From assembly GCF_009914755.1 (NCBI RefSeq), contig NC_060943.1: DNA of 64,000 bases; one strand, 5' to 3'. This document shows positions 1-12,578 of the stretch, in pieces. This DNA is from the human T2T-CHM13v2.0 reference genome, Homo sapiens. Made by a program: the position numbers and the translations under genes. The stretch's first letter is position 1, and every line of letters begins with the position of its first letter. The notes under the pieces were generated by a model. It ran no database searches. It had not been told where the DNA came from and worked only from the letters and a program-made list of their open reading frames with translations.

Positions 1-84
1 GAGTTGAACGATCCTTTACACAGAGCAGACTTGAAACACTCTTTTTGTGGAATTTGCAAGTGGATATTTCAGCCGCTTTGAGTT

Positions 85-101
85 CAATGGTAGAATAGGA
101 A
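85..101 (+). promoter_or_regulatory. A-box / pJalpha-like motif (CAATGGTAGAATAGGAA) in the CENP-B-box-less monomer; recurs every ~340 bp
   Basis: It lies exactly 171 bp upstream of the CENP-B-box position (256) and resembles the A-type monomer motif CTAYGGTGRAAAAGGAA with several mismatches. Protein binding is not demonstrable from sequence. Confidence 0.6.
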
Positions 102-297
102 ATATCTTCCTATAGAAACTAGACAGAATGATTCTCAGAAACTCCTTTGTGATGTGTGCGTTCAACTCACAGAGTTCAACCTTTCTTTTCATAGAGCAGT
201 TGGGAAACACTCTGTTTGTAAAGTCTGCAAGTGGATATTCACACTTCTTTGAGGCCTTCTTTGGAAGCGGGATTTCTTCATGTTCTGCTAGACAGAA

Positions 298-303
298 GAA
301 TTC
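298..303. other. EcoRI site defining the classical 340-bp EcoRI alphoid dimer (one per dimer)
   Basis: GAATTC occurs at 298-303 and at the same phase in nearly every dimer. It is lost at ~62163 (GAATGC), and extra sites are gained at 25483 and 30922. Confidence 0.9.
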
Positions 304-594
304 TCAGAAACTTCCTTGTGTTGTGTGTTTTCAACTCACAGAGTTGAACGATCCTTTACACAGAGCAGACTTGAAACACTCCTTTTGTGGAATTTGCAAG
401 TGGAGATTTCAGCCGCTTTGATGTCAATGGTAGAATAGGAAATATCTTCCTATAGAAAGTAGACAGAATGATTCTCAGAAACTCCTTTGTGATGTGTGCG
501 TTCAACTCACAGAGTTTAACTTTCTTTTCATAGAGCAGTTAGGAAACACTCTGTTTGTAAAGTCTGCAAGTGGATATTCAGACATCCTTGAGGC

Positions 595-611
595 TTTCGT
601 TGGAAACGGGA
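595..611 (+). promoter_or_regulatory. CENP-B box (first intact copy, TTTCGTTGGAAACGGGA); recurs every ~340 bp to 63821-63837, with about 174 of 188 copies core-intact
   Basis: Matches the established 17-bp consensus YTTCGTTGGAARCGGGA (core NTTCGNNNNANNCGGGN). Three common alleles are present: TTTCG..AAAC, CTTCG..AAAC and CTTCG..AAGC. Confidence 0.96.
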
Positions 612-3600
612 TTTCTTCATATTCTGCTAGAAAGAAGAATTCTCAGTAACTTCCTTGTGTTGTGTGTATTCAACTCACAGAGTTGAACGATCCTTTACAC
701 AGAGCAGACTTGAAACACTCTTTTTGTGGAATTTGCAAGTGGATATTTCAGCCGCTTTGAGTTCAATGGTAGAATAGGAAATATCTTCCTATAGAAACTA
801 GACAGAATGATTCTCAGAAACTCCTTTGTGATGTGTGCGTTCAACTCACAGAGTTCAACCTTTCTTTTCATAGAGCAGTTGGGAAACACTCTGTTTGTAA
901 AGTCTGCAAGTGGATATTCAGACTTCTTTGAGGCCTTCTTTGGAAGCGGGATTTCTTCATGTTCTGCTAGACAGAAGAATTCTCAGAAACTTCCTTGTGT
1001 TGTGTGTTTTCAACTCACAGAGTTGAACGATCCTTTACACAGAGCAGACTTGAAACACTCCTTTTGTGGAATTTGCAAGTGGAGATTTCAGCCGCTTTGA
1101 GGTCAATGGTAGAATAGGAAATATCTTCCTATAGAAACTAGACAGAATGATTCTCAGAAACTCCTTTGTGATGTGTGCGTTCAACTCACAGAGTTTAACC
1201 TTTCTTTTCATAGAGCAGTTAGGAAACACTCTGTTTGTAAAGTCTGCAAGTGGATATTCAGACATCCTTGAGGCTTTCGTTGGAAACGGGATTTCTTCAT
1301 ATTCTGCTAGAAAGAAGAATTCTCAGTAACTTCCTTGTGTTGTGTGTATTCAACTCACAGAGTTGAACGATCCTTTACACAGAGCAGACTTGAAACACTC
1401 TTTTTGTGGAATTTGCAAGTGGAGATTTCAGCCGCTTTGAGGTCAATGGTAGAATAGGAAATATCTTCCTATAGAAACTAGACAGAATGATTCTCAGAAA
1501 CTCCTTTGTGATGTGTGCGTTCAACTCACAGAGTTTAACCTTTCTTTTCATAGAGCAGTTGGGAAACACTCTGTTTGTAAAGTCTGCAAGTGGATATTCA
1601 GACATCCTTGAGGCTTTCGTTGGAAACGGGATTTCTTCATATTCTGGTAGAAAGAAGAATTCTCAGTAACTTCCTTGTGTTGTGTGTATTCAACTCACAG
1701 AGTTGAACGATCCTTTACACAGAGCAGACTTGAAACACTCTTTTTGCGGAATTTGCAAGTGGAGATTTCAGCCGCTTTGAGGTCAATGGTAGAATAGGAA
1801 ATATCTTCCTATAGAAACTAGACAGAATGATTCTCAGAAACTTCTTTGTGATGTGTGCGTTCAACTCACACAGTTTAACCTTTCTTTTCATAGAGCAGTT
1901 AGGAAACACTCTGTTTGTAAAGTCTGCAAGTGGATATTCACACCTCCTTGAGGCCTTCGTTGGAAACGGGATTTCTTCATATTATGCTAGACAGAAGAAT
2001 TCTCAGTAACTTCCTTGTGTTGTGTGTATTCAACTCACAGAGTTGAACGATCCTTTACACAGAGCAGACTTGAAACACTCTTTTTGTGGAATTTGCAAGT
2101 GGATATTTCAGCCGCTTTGAGTTCAATGGTAGAATAGGAAATATCTTCCTATAGAAACTAGACAGAATGATTCTCAGAAACTCCTTTGTGATGTGTGCGT
2201 TCAACTCACAGAGTTCAACCTTTCTTTTCATAGAGCAGTTGGGAAACACTCTGTTTGTAAAGTCTGCAAGTGGATATTCAGACTTCTTTGAGGCCTTCTT
2301 TGGAAGCGGGATTTCTTCATGTTCTGCTAGACAGAAGAATTCTCAGAAACTTCCTTGTGTTGTGTGTTTTCAACTCACAGAGTTGAACGATCCTTTACAC
2401 AGAGCAGACTTGAAACACTCCTTTTGTGGAATTTGCAAGTGGAGATTTCAGCCGCTTTGAGGTCAATGGTAGAATAGGAAATATCTTCCTATAGAAAGTA
2501 GACAGAATGATTCTCAGAAACTCCTTTGTGATGTGTGCGTTCAACTCACAGAGTTTAACCTTTCTTTTCATAGAGCAGTTAGGAAACACTCTGTTTGTAA
2601 AGTCTGCAAGTGGATATTCAGACCTCCTTGAGGCCTTCGTTGGAAGCGGGATTTCTTCATGTTCAGCTAGACAGAAGAATTCTCAGAAACTTCCTTGTGT
2701 TGTGTGTTTTCAACTCACAGAGTTGAACGATCCTTTACACAGAGCAGACTTGAAACACTCCTTTTGTGGAATTTGCAAGTGGAGATTTCAGCCGCTTTGA
2801 GGTCAATGGTAGAATAGGAAATATCTTCCTATAGAAACTAGACAGAATGATTCTCAGAAACTCCTTTGTGATGTGTGCGTTCAACTCACAGAGTTTAACC
2901 TTTCTTTTCATAGAGCAGTTAGGAAACACTCTGTTTGTAAAGTCTGCAAGTGGATATTCAGACATCCTTGAGGCTTTCGTTGGAAACGGGATTTCTTCAT
3001 ATTCTGCTAGAAAGAAGAATTCTCAGTAACTTCCTTGTGTTGTGTGTATTCAACTCACAGAGTTGAACGATCCTTTACACAGAGCAGACTTGAAACACTC
3101 TTTTTGTGGAATTTGCAAGTGGAGATTTCAGCCGCTTTGAGGTCAATGGTAGAATAGGAAATATCTTCCTATAGAAACTAGACAGAATGATTCTCAGAAA
3201 CTGCTTTGTGATGTGTGCGTTCAACTCACAGAGTTTAACCTTTCTTTTCATAGAGCAGTTGGGAAACACTCTGTTTGTAAAGTCTGCATGTGGATATTCA
3301 GACATCCTTGAGGCTTTCGTTGGAAACGGGATTTCTTCATATTCTGCTAGAAAGAAGAATTCTCAGTAACTTCCTTGTGTTGTGTGTTTTCAACTCACAG
3401 AGTTGAACGATCCTTTACACAGAGCAGACTTGAAACACTCCTTTTGTGGAATTTGCAAGTGGAGATTTCAGCCGCTTTGAGGTCAATGGTAGAATAGGAA
3501 ATATCTTCCTATAGAAAGTAGACAGAATGATTCTCAGAAACTCCTTTGTGATGTGTGCGTTCAACTCACAGAGTTTAACCTTTCTTTTCATAGAGCAGTT

Positions 3601-4052
3601 ACGAAACACTCTGTTTGTAAAGTCTGCAAGTGGATATTCAGACCTCCTTGAGGCCTTCGTTGGAAACGGGATTTCTTCATATTATGCTAGACAGAAGAAT
3701 TCTCAGTAACTTCCTTGTGTTGTGTGTATTCAACTCACAGAGTTGAACGATCCTTTACACAGAGCAGACTTGAAACACTCTTTTTGTGGAATTTGCAAGT
3801 GGAGATTTCAGCCGCTTTGAGTTCAATGGTAGAATAGGAAATATCTTCCTATAGAAACTAGACAGAATGATTCTCAGAAACTCCTTTGTGATGTGTGCGT
3901 TCAACTCACAGAGTTCAACCTTTCTTTTCATAGAGCAGTTGGGAAACACTCTGTTTGTAAAGTCTGCAAGTGGATATTCAGACTTCTTTGAGGCCTTCGT
4001 TGGAAGCGGGATTTCTTCATATTCTGCTAGACAGAAGAATTCTCAGTAACTT

Positions 4053-7000
4053 CCTTGTGTTGTGTGTATTCAACTCACAGAGTTGAACGATCCTTTACAC
4101 AGAGCAGACTTGAAACACTCTTTTTGTGGAATTTGCAAGTGGAGATTTCAGCCGCTTTGAGGTCAATGGTAGAATAGGAAATATCTTCCTATAGAAACTA
4201 GACAGAATGATTCTCAGAAACTCCTTTGTGATGTGTGCGTTCAACTCACAGAGTTTAACCTTTCTTTTCATAGAGCAGTTAGGAAACACTCTGTTTGTAA
4301 AGTCTGCAAGTGGATATTCAGACATCCTTGAGGCTTTCGTTGGAAACGGGATTTCTTCATATTCTGCTAGAAAGAAGAATTCTCAGTAACTTCCTTGTGT
4401 TGTGTGTATTCAACTCACAGAGTTGAACGATCCTTTACACAGAGCAGACTTGAAACACTCTTTTTGTGGAATTTGCAAGTGGAGATTTCAGCCGCTTTGA
4501 GGTCAATGGTAGAATAGGAAATATCTTCCTATAGAAACTAGACAGAATGATTCTCAGAAACTCCTTTGTGATGTGTGCGTTCAACTCACAGAGTTTAACC
4601 TTTCTTTTCATAGAGCAGTTGGGAAACACTCTGTTTGTAAAGTCTGCAAGTGGATATTCAGACATCCTTGAGGCTTTCGTTGGAAACGGGATTTCTTCAT
4701 ATTCTGGTAGAAAGAAGAATTCTCAGTAACTTCCTTGTGTTGTGTGTATTCAACTCACAGAGTTGAACGATCCTTTACACAGAGCAGACTTGAAACACTC
4801 TTTTTGCGGAATTTGCAAGTGGAGATTTCAGCCGCTTTGAGGTCAATGGTAGAATAGGAAATATCTTCCTATAGAAACTAGACAGAATGATTCTCAGAAA
4901 CTTCTTTGTGATGTGTGCGTTCAACTCACACAGTTTAACCTTTCTTTTCATAGAGCAGTTAGGAAACACTCTGTTTGTAAAGTCTGCAAGTGGATATTCA
5001 CACCTCCTTGAGGCCTTCGTTGGAAACGGGATTTCTTCATATTATGCTAGACAGAAGAATTCTCAGTAACTTCCTTGTGTTTTGTGTATTCAACTCACAG
5101 AGTTGAACGATCCTTTACACAGAGCAGACTTGAAACACTCTTTTTGTGGAATTTGCAAGTGGATATTTCAGCCGCTTTGAGTTCAATGGTAGAATAGGAA
5201 ATATCTTCCTATAGAAACTAGACAGAATGATTCTCAGAAACTCCTTTGTGATGTGTGCGTTCAACTCACAGAGTTTAACCTTTCTTTTCATAGAGCAGTT
5301 AGGAAACACCCTGTTTGTAAAGTCTGCAAGTGGATATTCAGACATCCTTGAGGCTTTCGTTGGAAACGGGATTTCTTCATATTATGCTAGACAGAGGAAT
5401 TCTCAGGAACTTCCTTGTGTTGTGTGTATTCAACTCACAGAGTTGAACGATCCTTTACACAGAGCAGACTTGAAACACTCTTTTTGTGGAATTTGCAAGT
5501 GGAGATTTCAGCCGCTTTGAGGTCAATGGTAGAATAGGAAATATCTTCCTATAGAAACTAGACAGAATGATTCTCAGAAACTCCTTTGTGATGTGTGCGT
5601 TCAACTCACAGAGTTCAACCTTTCTTTTCATAGAGCAGTTGGGAAACACTCTGTTTGTAAAGTCTGCAAGTGGATATTCAGACTTCTTTGAGGCCTTCGT
5701 TGGAAGCGGGATTTCTTCATGTTCTGCTAGACAGAAGAATTCTCAGAAACTTCCTTGTGTTGTGTGTTTTCAACTCACAGAGTTGAACGATCCTTTACAC
5801 AGAGCAGACTTGAAACACTCCTTTTGTGGAATTTGCAAGTGGAGATTTCAGCCGCTTTGAGGTCAATGGTAGAATAGGAAATATCTTCCTATAGAAAGTA
5901 GACAGAATGATTCTCAGAAACTCCTTTGTGATGTGTGCGTTCAACTCACAGAGTTTAACCTTTCTTTTCATAGAGCAGTTAGGAAACACTCTGTTTGTAA
6001 AGTCTGCAAGTGGATATTCAGACCTCCTTGAGGCCTTCGTTGGAAACAGGATTTCTTCATATTCTGCTAGACAGAAGAATTCTCAGTAACTTCCTTGTGT
6101 TGTGTGTATTCAACTCACAGAGTTGAACGATCCTTTACACAGAGCAGACTTGAAACACTCTTTTTGTGGAATTTGCAAGTGGAGATTTCAGCCGCTTTGA
6201 GTTCAATGGTAGAATAGGAAATATCTTCCTATAGAAACTAGACAGAATGATTCTCAGAAACTCCTTTGTGATGTGTGCGTTCAACTCACAGAGTTCAACC
6301 TTTCTTTTCATAGAGCAGTTGGGAAACACTCTGTTTGTAAAGTCTGCAAGTGGATATTCAGACTTCTTTGAGGCCTTCGTTGGAAGCGGGATTTCTTCAT
6401 ATTCTGCTAGACAGAAGAATTCTCAGTAACTGCCTTGTGTTGTGTGTATTCAACTCACAGAGTTGAACGATCCTTTACACAGAGCAGACTTGAAACACTC
6501 TTTTTGTGGAATTTGCAAGTGGAGATTTCAGCCGCTTTGAGGTCAATGGTAGAATAGGAAATATCTTCCTATAGAAACTAGACAGAATGATTCTCAGAAA
6601 CTCCTTTGTGATGTGTGCGTTCAACTCACAGAGTTCAACCTTTCTTTTCATAGAGCAGTTGGGAAACACTCTGTTTGTAAAGTCTGCAAGTGGATATTCA
6701 GACTTCTTTGAGGCCTTCGTTGGAAGCGGGATTTCTTCATATTCTGCTAGACAGAAGAATTCTCAGTAACTGCCTTGTGTTGTGTGTATTCAACTCACAG
6801 AGTTGAACGATCCTTTACACAGAGCAGACTTGAAACACTCTTTTTGTGGAATTTGCAAGTGGAGATTTCAGCCGCTTTGAGGTCAATGGTAGAATAGGAA
6901 ATATCTTCCTATAGAAACTAGACAGAATGATTCTCAGAAACTCCTTTGTGATGTGTGCGTTCAACTCACAGAGTTTAACCTTTCTTTTCATAGAGCAGTT

Positions 7001-9492
7001 AGGAAACACTCTGTTTGTAAAGTCTGCAAGTGGATATTCAGACATCCTTGAGGCTTTCGTTGGAAACGGGATTTCTTCATATTCTGCTAGAAAGAAGAAT
7101 TCTCAGTAACTTCCTTGTGTTGTGTGTATTCAACTCACAGAGTTGAACGATCCTTTACACAGAGCAGACTTGAAACACTCTTTTTGTGGAATTTGCAAGT
7201 GGAGATTTCAGCCGCTTTGAGGTCAATGGTAGAATAGGAAATATCTTCCTATAGAAACTAGACAGAATGATTCTCAGAAACTCCTTTGTGATGTGTGCGT
7301 TCAACTCACAGAGTTTAACCTTTCTTTTCATAGAGCAGTTGGGAAACACTCTGTTTGTAAAGTCTGCAAGTGGATATTCAGACATCCTTGAGGCTTTCGT
7401 TGGAAACGGGATTTCTTCATATTCTGGTAGAAAGAAGAATTCTCAGTAACTTCCTTGTGTTGTGTGTATTCAACTCACAGAGTTGAACGATCCTTTACAC
7501 AGAGCAGACTTGAAACACTCTTTTTGCGGAATTTGCAAGTGGAGATTTCAGCCGCTTTGAGGTCAATGGTAGAATAGGAAATATCTTCCTATAGAAACTA
7601 GACAGAATGATTCTCAGAAACTTCTTTGTGATGTGTGCGTTCAACTCACACAGTTTAACCTTTCTTTTCATAGAGCAGTTAGGAAACACTCTGTTTGTAA
7701 AGTCTGCAAGTGGATATTCACACCTCCTTGAGGCCTTCGTTGGAAACGGGATTTCTTCATATTATGCTAGACAGAAGAATTCTCAGTAACTTCCTTGTGT
7801 TTTGTGTATTCAACTCACAGAGTTGAACGATCCTTTACACAGAGCAGACTTGAAACACTCTTTTTGTGGAATTTGCAAGTGGATATTTCAGCCGCTTTGA
7901 GTTCAATGGTAGAATAGGAAATATCTTCCTATAGAAACTAGACAGAATGATTCTCAGAAACTCCTTTGTGATGTGTGCGTTCAACTCACAGAGTTTAACC
8001 TTTCTTTTCATAGAGCAGTTAGGAAACACCCTGTTTGTAAAGTCTGCAAGTGGATATTCAGACATCCTTGAGGCTTTCGTTGGAAACGGGATTTCTTCAT
8101 ATTATGCTAGACAGAGGAATTCTCAGGAACTTCCTTGTGTTGTGTGTATTCAACTCACAGAGTTGAACGATCCTTTACACAGAGCAGACTTGAAACACTC
8201 TTTTTGTGGAATTTGCAAGTGGAGATTTCAGCCGCTTTGAGGTCAATGGTAGAATAGGAAATATCTTCCTATAGAAACTAGACAGAATGATTCTCAGAAA
8301 CTCCTTTGTGATGTGTGCGTTCAACTCACAGAGTTCAACCTTTCTTTTCATAGAGCAGTTGGGAAACACTCTGTTTGTAAAGTCTGCAAGTGGATATTCA
8401 GACTTCTTTGAGGCCTTCGTTGGAAGCGGGATTTCTTCATGTTCTGCTAGACAGAAGAATTCTCAGAAACTTCCTTGTGTTGTGTGTTTTCAACTCACAG
8501 AGTTGAACGATCCTTTACACAGAGCAGACTTGAAACACTCCTTTTGTGGAATTTGCAAGTGGAGATTTCAGCCGCTTTGAGGTCAATGGTAGAATAGGAA
8601 ATATCTTCCTATAGAAAGTAGACAGAATGATTCTCAGAAACTCCTTTGTGATGTGTGCGTTCAACTCACAGAGTTTAACCTTTCTTTTCATAGAGCAGTT
8701 AGGAAACACTCTGTTTGTAAAGTCTGCAAGTGGATATTCAGACCTCCTTGAGGCCTTCGTTGGAAACAGGATTTCTTCATATTCTGCTAGACAGAAGAAT
8801 TCTCAGTAACTTCCTTGTGTTGTGTGTATTCAACTCACAGAGTTGAACGATCCTTTACACAGAGCAGACTTCAAACACTCTTTTTGTGGAATTTGCAAGT
8901 GGAGATTTCAGCCGCTTTGAGTTCAATGGTAGAATAGGAAATATCTTCCTATAGAAACTAGACAGAATGATTCTCAGAAACTCCTTTGTGATGTGTGCGT
9001 TCAACTCACAGAGTTCAACCTTTCTTTTCATAGAGCAGTTGGGAAACACTCTGTTTGTAAAGTCTGCAAGTGGATATTCAGACTTCTTTGAGGCCTTCGT
9101 TGGAAGCGGGATTTCTTCATATTCTGCTAGACAGAAGAATTCTCAGTAACTGCCTTGTGTTGTGTGTATTCAACTCACAGAGTTGAACGATCCTTTACAC
9201 AGAGCAGACTTGAAACACTCTTTTTGTGGAATTTGCAAGTGGAGATTTCAGCCGCTTTGAGGTCAATGGTAGAATAGGAAATATCTTCCTATAGAAACTA
9301 GACAGAATGATTCTCAGAAACTCCTTTGTGATGTGTGCGTTCAACTCACAGAGTTCAACCTTTCTTTTCATAGAGCAGTTGGGAAACACTCTGTTTGTAA
9401 AGTCTGCAAGTGGATATTCAGACTTCTTTGAGGCCTTCGTTGGAAGCGGGATTTCTTCATATTCTGCTAGACAGAAGAATTCTCAGTAACTG
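4053..9492 (+). repeat. 8-dimer (2720-bp) near-perfect tandem duplication
   Basis: Rare markers recur at offset 2720: TCTGGTAG 4707/7427, TTTTGCGG 4807/7527, TTTTGTGTATT 5082/7802, AAACACCC 5310/8030 and the CAGG box 6035/8755. Confidence 0.9.
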
Positions 9493-9859
9493 CCTTGTGT
9501 TGTGTGTATTCAACTCACAGAGTTGAACGATCCTTTACACAGAGCAGACTTGAAACACTCTTTTTGTGGAATTTGCAAGTGGAGATTTCAGCCGTTTTGA
9601 GGTCAATGGTAGAATAGGAAATATCTTCCTATAGAAACTAGACAGAATGATTCTCAGAAACTCCTTTGTGATGTGTGCGTTCAACTCACAGAGTTTAACC
9701 TTTGTTTTCATAGAGCAGTTAGGAAACACTCTGTTTGTAAAGTCTGCAAGTGGATATTCAGACATCCTTGAGGCTTTCGTTGGAAACGGGATTTCTTCAT
9801 ATTCTGCTAGAAAGAAGAATTCTCAGTAACTTCCTTGTGTTGTGTGTATTCAACTCACA

Positions 9860-12578
9860 GAGTTGAACGATCCTTTACACAGAGCAGACTTGAAACACTC
9901 TTTTTGTGGAATTTGCAAGTAGAGATTTCAGCCGCTTTGAGGTCAATGGTAGAATAGGAAATATCTTCCTATAGAAACTAGACAGAATGATTCTCAGAAA
10001 CTTCTTTGTGATGTGTGCGTTCAACTCACACAGTTTAACCTTTCTTTTCATAGAGCAGTTAGGAAACACTCTGTTTGTAAAGTCTGCAAGTGGATATTCA
10101 GACCTCCTTGAGGCCTTCGTTGGAAACGGGATTTCTTCATATTATGCTAGACAGAAGAATTCTCAGTAACTTCCTTGTGTTGTGTGTATTCAACTCACAG
10201 AGTTGAACGATCCTTTACACAGAGCAGACTTGAAACACTCTTTTTGTGGAATTTGCAAGTGGATATTTCAGCCGCTTTGAGTTCAATGGTAGAATAGGAA
10301 ATATCTTCCTATAGAAACTAGACAGAATGATTCTCAGAAACTCCTTTGTGATGTGTGCGTTCAACTCACAGAGTTCAACCTTTCTTTTCATAGAGCAGTT
10401 GGGAAACACTCTGTTTGTAAAGTCTGCAAGTGGATATTCAGACTTCTTTGAGGCCTTCGTTGGAAGCGGGATTTCTTCATGTTCTGCTAGACAGAAGAAT
10501 TCTCAGAAACTTCCTTGTGTTGTGTGTTTTCAACTCACAGAGTTGAACGATCCTTTACACAGAGCAGACTTGAAACACTCCTTTTGTGGAATTTGCAAGT
10601 GGAGATTTCAGCCGCTTTGAGGTCAATGGTAGAATAGGAAATATCTTCCTATAGAAAGTAGACAGAATGATTCTCAGAAACTCCTTTGTGATGTGTGCGT
10701 TCAACTCACAGAGTTTAACCTTTCTTTTCATAGAGCAGTTAGGAAACACTCTGTTTGTAAAGTCTGCAAGTGGATATTCAGACCTCCTTGAGGCCTTCGT
10801 TGGAAGCGGGATTTCTTCATGTTCAGCTAGACAGAAGAATTCTCAGAAACTTCCTTGTGTTGTGTGTTTTCAACTCACAGAGTTGAACGATCCTTTACAC
10901 AGAGCAGACTTGAAACACTCCTTTTGTGGAATTTGCAAGTGGAGATTTCAGCCGCTTTGAGGTCAATGGTAGAATAGAAATATCTTCCTATAGAAACTAG
11001 ACAGAATGATTCTCAGAAACTCCTTTGTGATGTGTGCGTTCAACTCACAGAGTTTAACCTTTCTTTTCATAGAGCAGTTAGGAAACACTCTGTTTGTAAA
11101 GTCTGCAAGTGGATATTCAGACATCCTTGAGGATTTCGTTGGAAACGGGATTTCTTCATATTCTGCTAGAAAGAAGAATTCTCAGTAACTTCCTTGTGTT
11201 GTGTGTATTCAACTCACAGAGTTGAACGATCCTTTACACAGAGCAGACTTGAAACACTCTTTTTGTGGAATTTGCAAGTAGAGATTTCAGCCGCTTTGAG
11301 GTCAATGGTAGAATAGGAAATATCTTCCTATAGAAACTAGACAGAATGATTCTCAGAAACTTCTTTGTGATGTGTGCGTTCAACTCACACAGTTTAACCT
11401 TTCTTTTCATAGAGCAGTTAGGAAACACTCTGTTTGTAAAGTCTGCAAGTGGATATTCAGACCTCCTTGAGGCCTTCGTTGGAAACGGGATTTCTTCATA
11501 TTATGCTAGACAGAAGAATTCTCAGTAACTTCCTTGTGTTGTGTGTATTCAACTCACAGAGTTGAACGATCCTTTACACAGAGCAGACTTGAAACACTCT
11601 TTTTGTGGAATTTGCAAGTGGATATTTCAGCCGCTTTGAGTTCAATGGTAGAATAGGAAATATCTTCCTATAGAAACTAGACAGAATGATTCTCAGAAAC
11701 TCCTTTGTGATGTGTGCGTTCAACTCACAGAGTTCAACCTTTCTTTTCATAGAGCAGTTGGGAAACACTCTGTTTGTAAAGTCTGCAAGTGGATATTCAG
11801 ACTTCTTTGAGGCCTTCGTTGGAAGCGGGATTTCTTCATGTTCTGCTAGACAGAAGAATTCTCAGAAACTTCCTTGTGTTGTGTGTTTTCAACTCACAGA
11901 GTTGAACGATCCTTTACACAGAGCAGACTTGAAACACTCCTTTTGTGGAATTTGCAAGTGGAGATTTCAGCCGCTTTGAGGTCAATGGTAGAATAGGAAA
12001 TATCTTCCTATAGAAAGTAGACAGAATGATTCTCAGAAACTCCTTTGTGATGTGTGCGTTCAACTCACAGAGTTTAACCTTTCTTTTCATAGAGCAGTTA
12101 GGAAACACTCTGTTTGTAAAGTCTGCAAGTGGATATTCAGACCTCCTTGAGGCCTTCGTTGGAAGCGGGATTTCTTCATGTTCAGCTAGACAGAAGAATT
12201 CTCAGAAACTTCCTTGTGTTGTGTGTTTTCAACTCACAGAGTTGAACGATCCTTTACACAGAGCAGACTTGAAACACTCCTTTTGTGGAATTTGCAAGTG
12301 GAGATTTCAGCCGCTTTGAGGTCAATGGTAGAATAGGAAATATCTTCCTATAGAAACTAGACAGAATGATTCTCAGAAACTCCTTTGTGATGTGTGCGTT
12401 CAACTCACAGAGTTTAACCTTTCTTTTCATAGAGCAGTTAGGAAACACTCTGTTTGTAAAGTCTGCAAGTGGATATTCAGACATCCTTGAGGCTTTCGTT
12501 GGAAACGGGATTTCTTCATATTCTGCTAGAAAGAAGAATTCTCAGTAACTTCCTTGTGTTGTGTGTATTCAACTCACA
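9860..12578 (+). repeat. 4-dimer (1359-bp) tandem duplication
   Basis: The private AAGTAGAG variant occurs at 9921 and 11280 and the dimer order is identical. A 1-bp deletion at ~10977 is in the first copy only. Confidence 0.85.

Larger units (their letters stand above)
1..1358 (+). repeat. 2-dimer (679-bp) tandem duplication
   Basis: The TGGATATTTC variant plus the CTTCTTTGG box occur at 256 and 935, each followed by a GACATCC-type dimer. The left boundary may lie outside the window. Confidence 0.65.

Noticed and set aside
95-113. Hairpin as a rho-independent terminator, or TATA-like promoter (CCTATAGAAA)
   Set aside because: The context is eukaryotic satellite, the stem is AT-rich with no U-tract, and there is no associated gene. 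It is kept only as a dyad observation.
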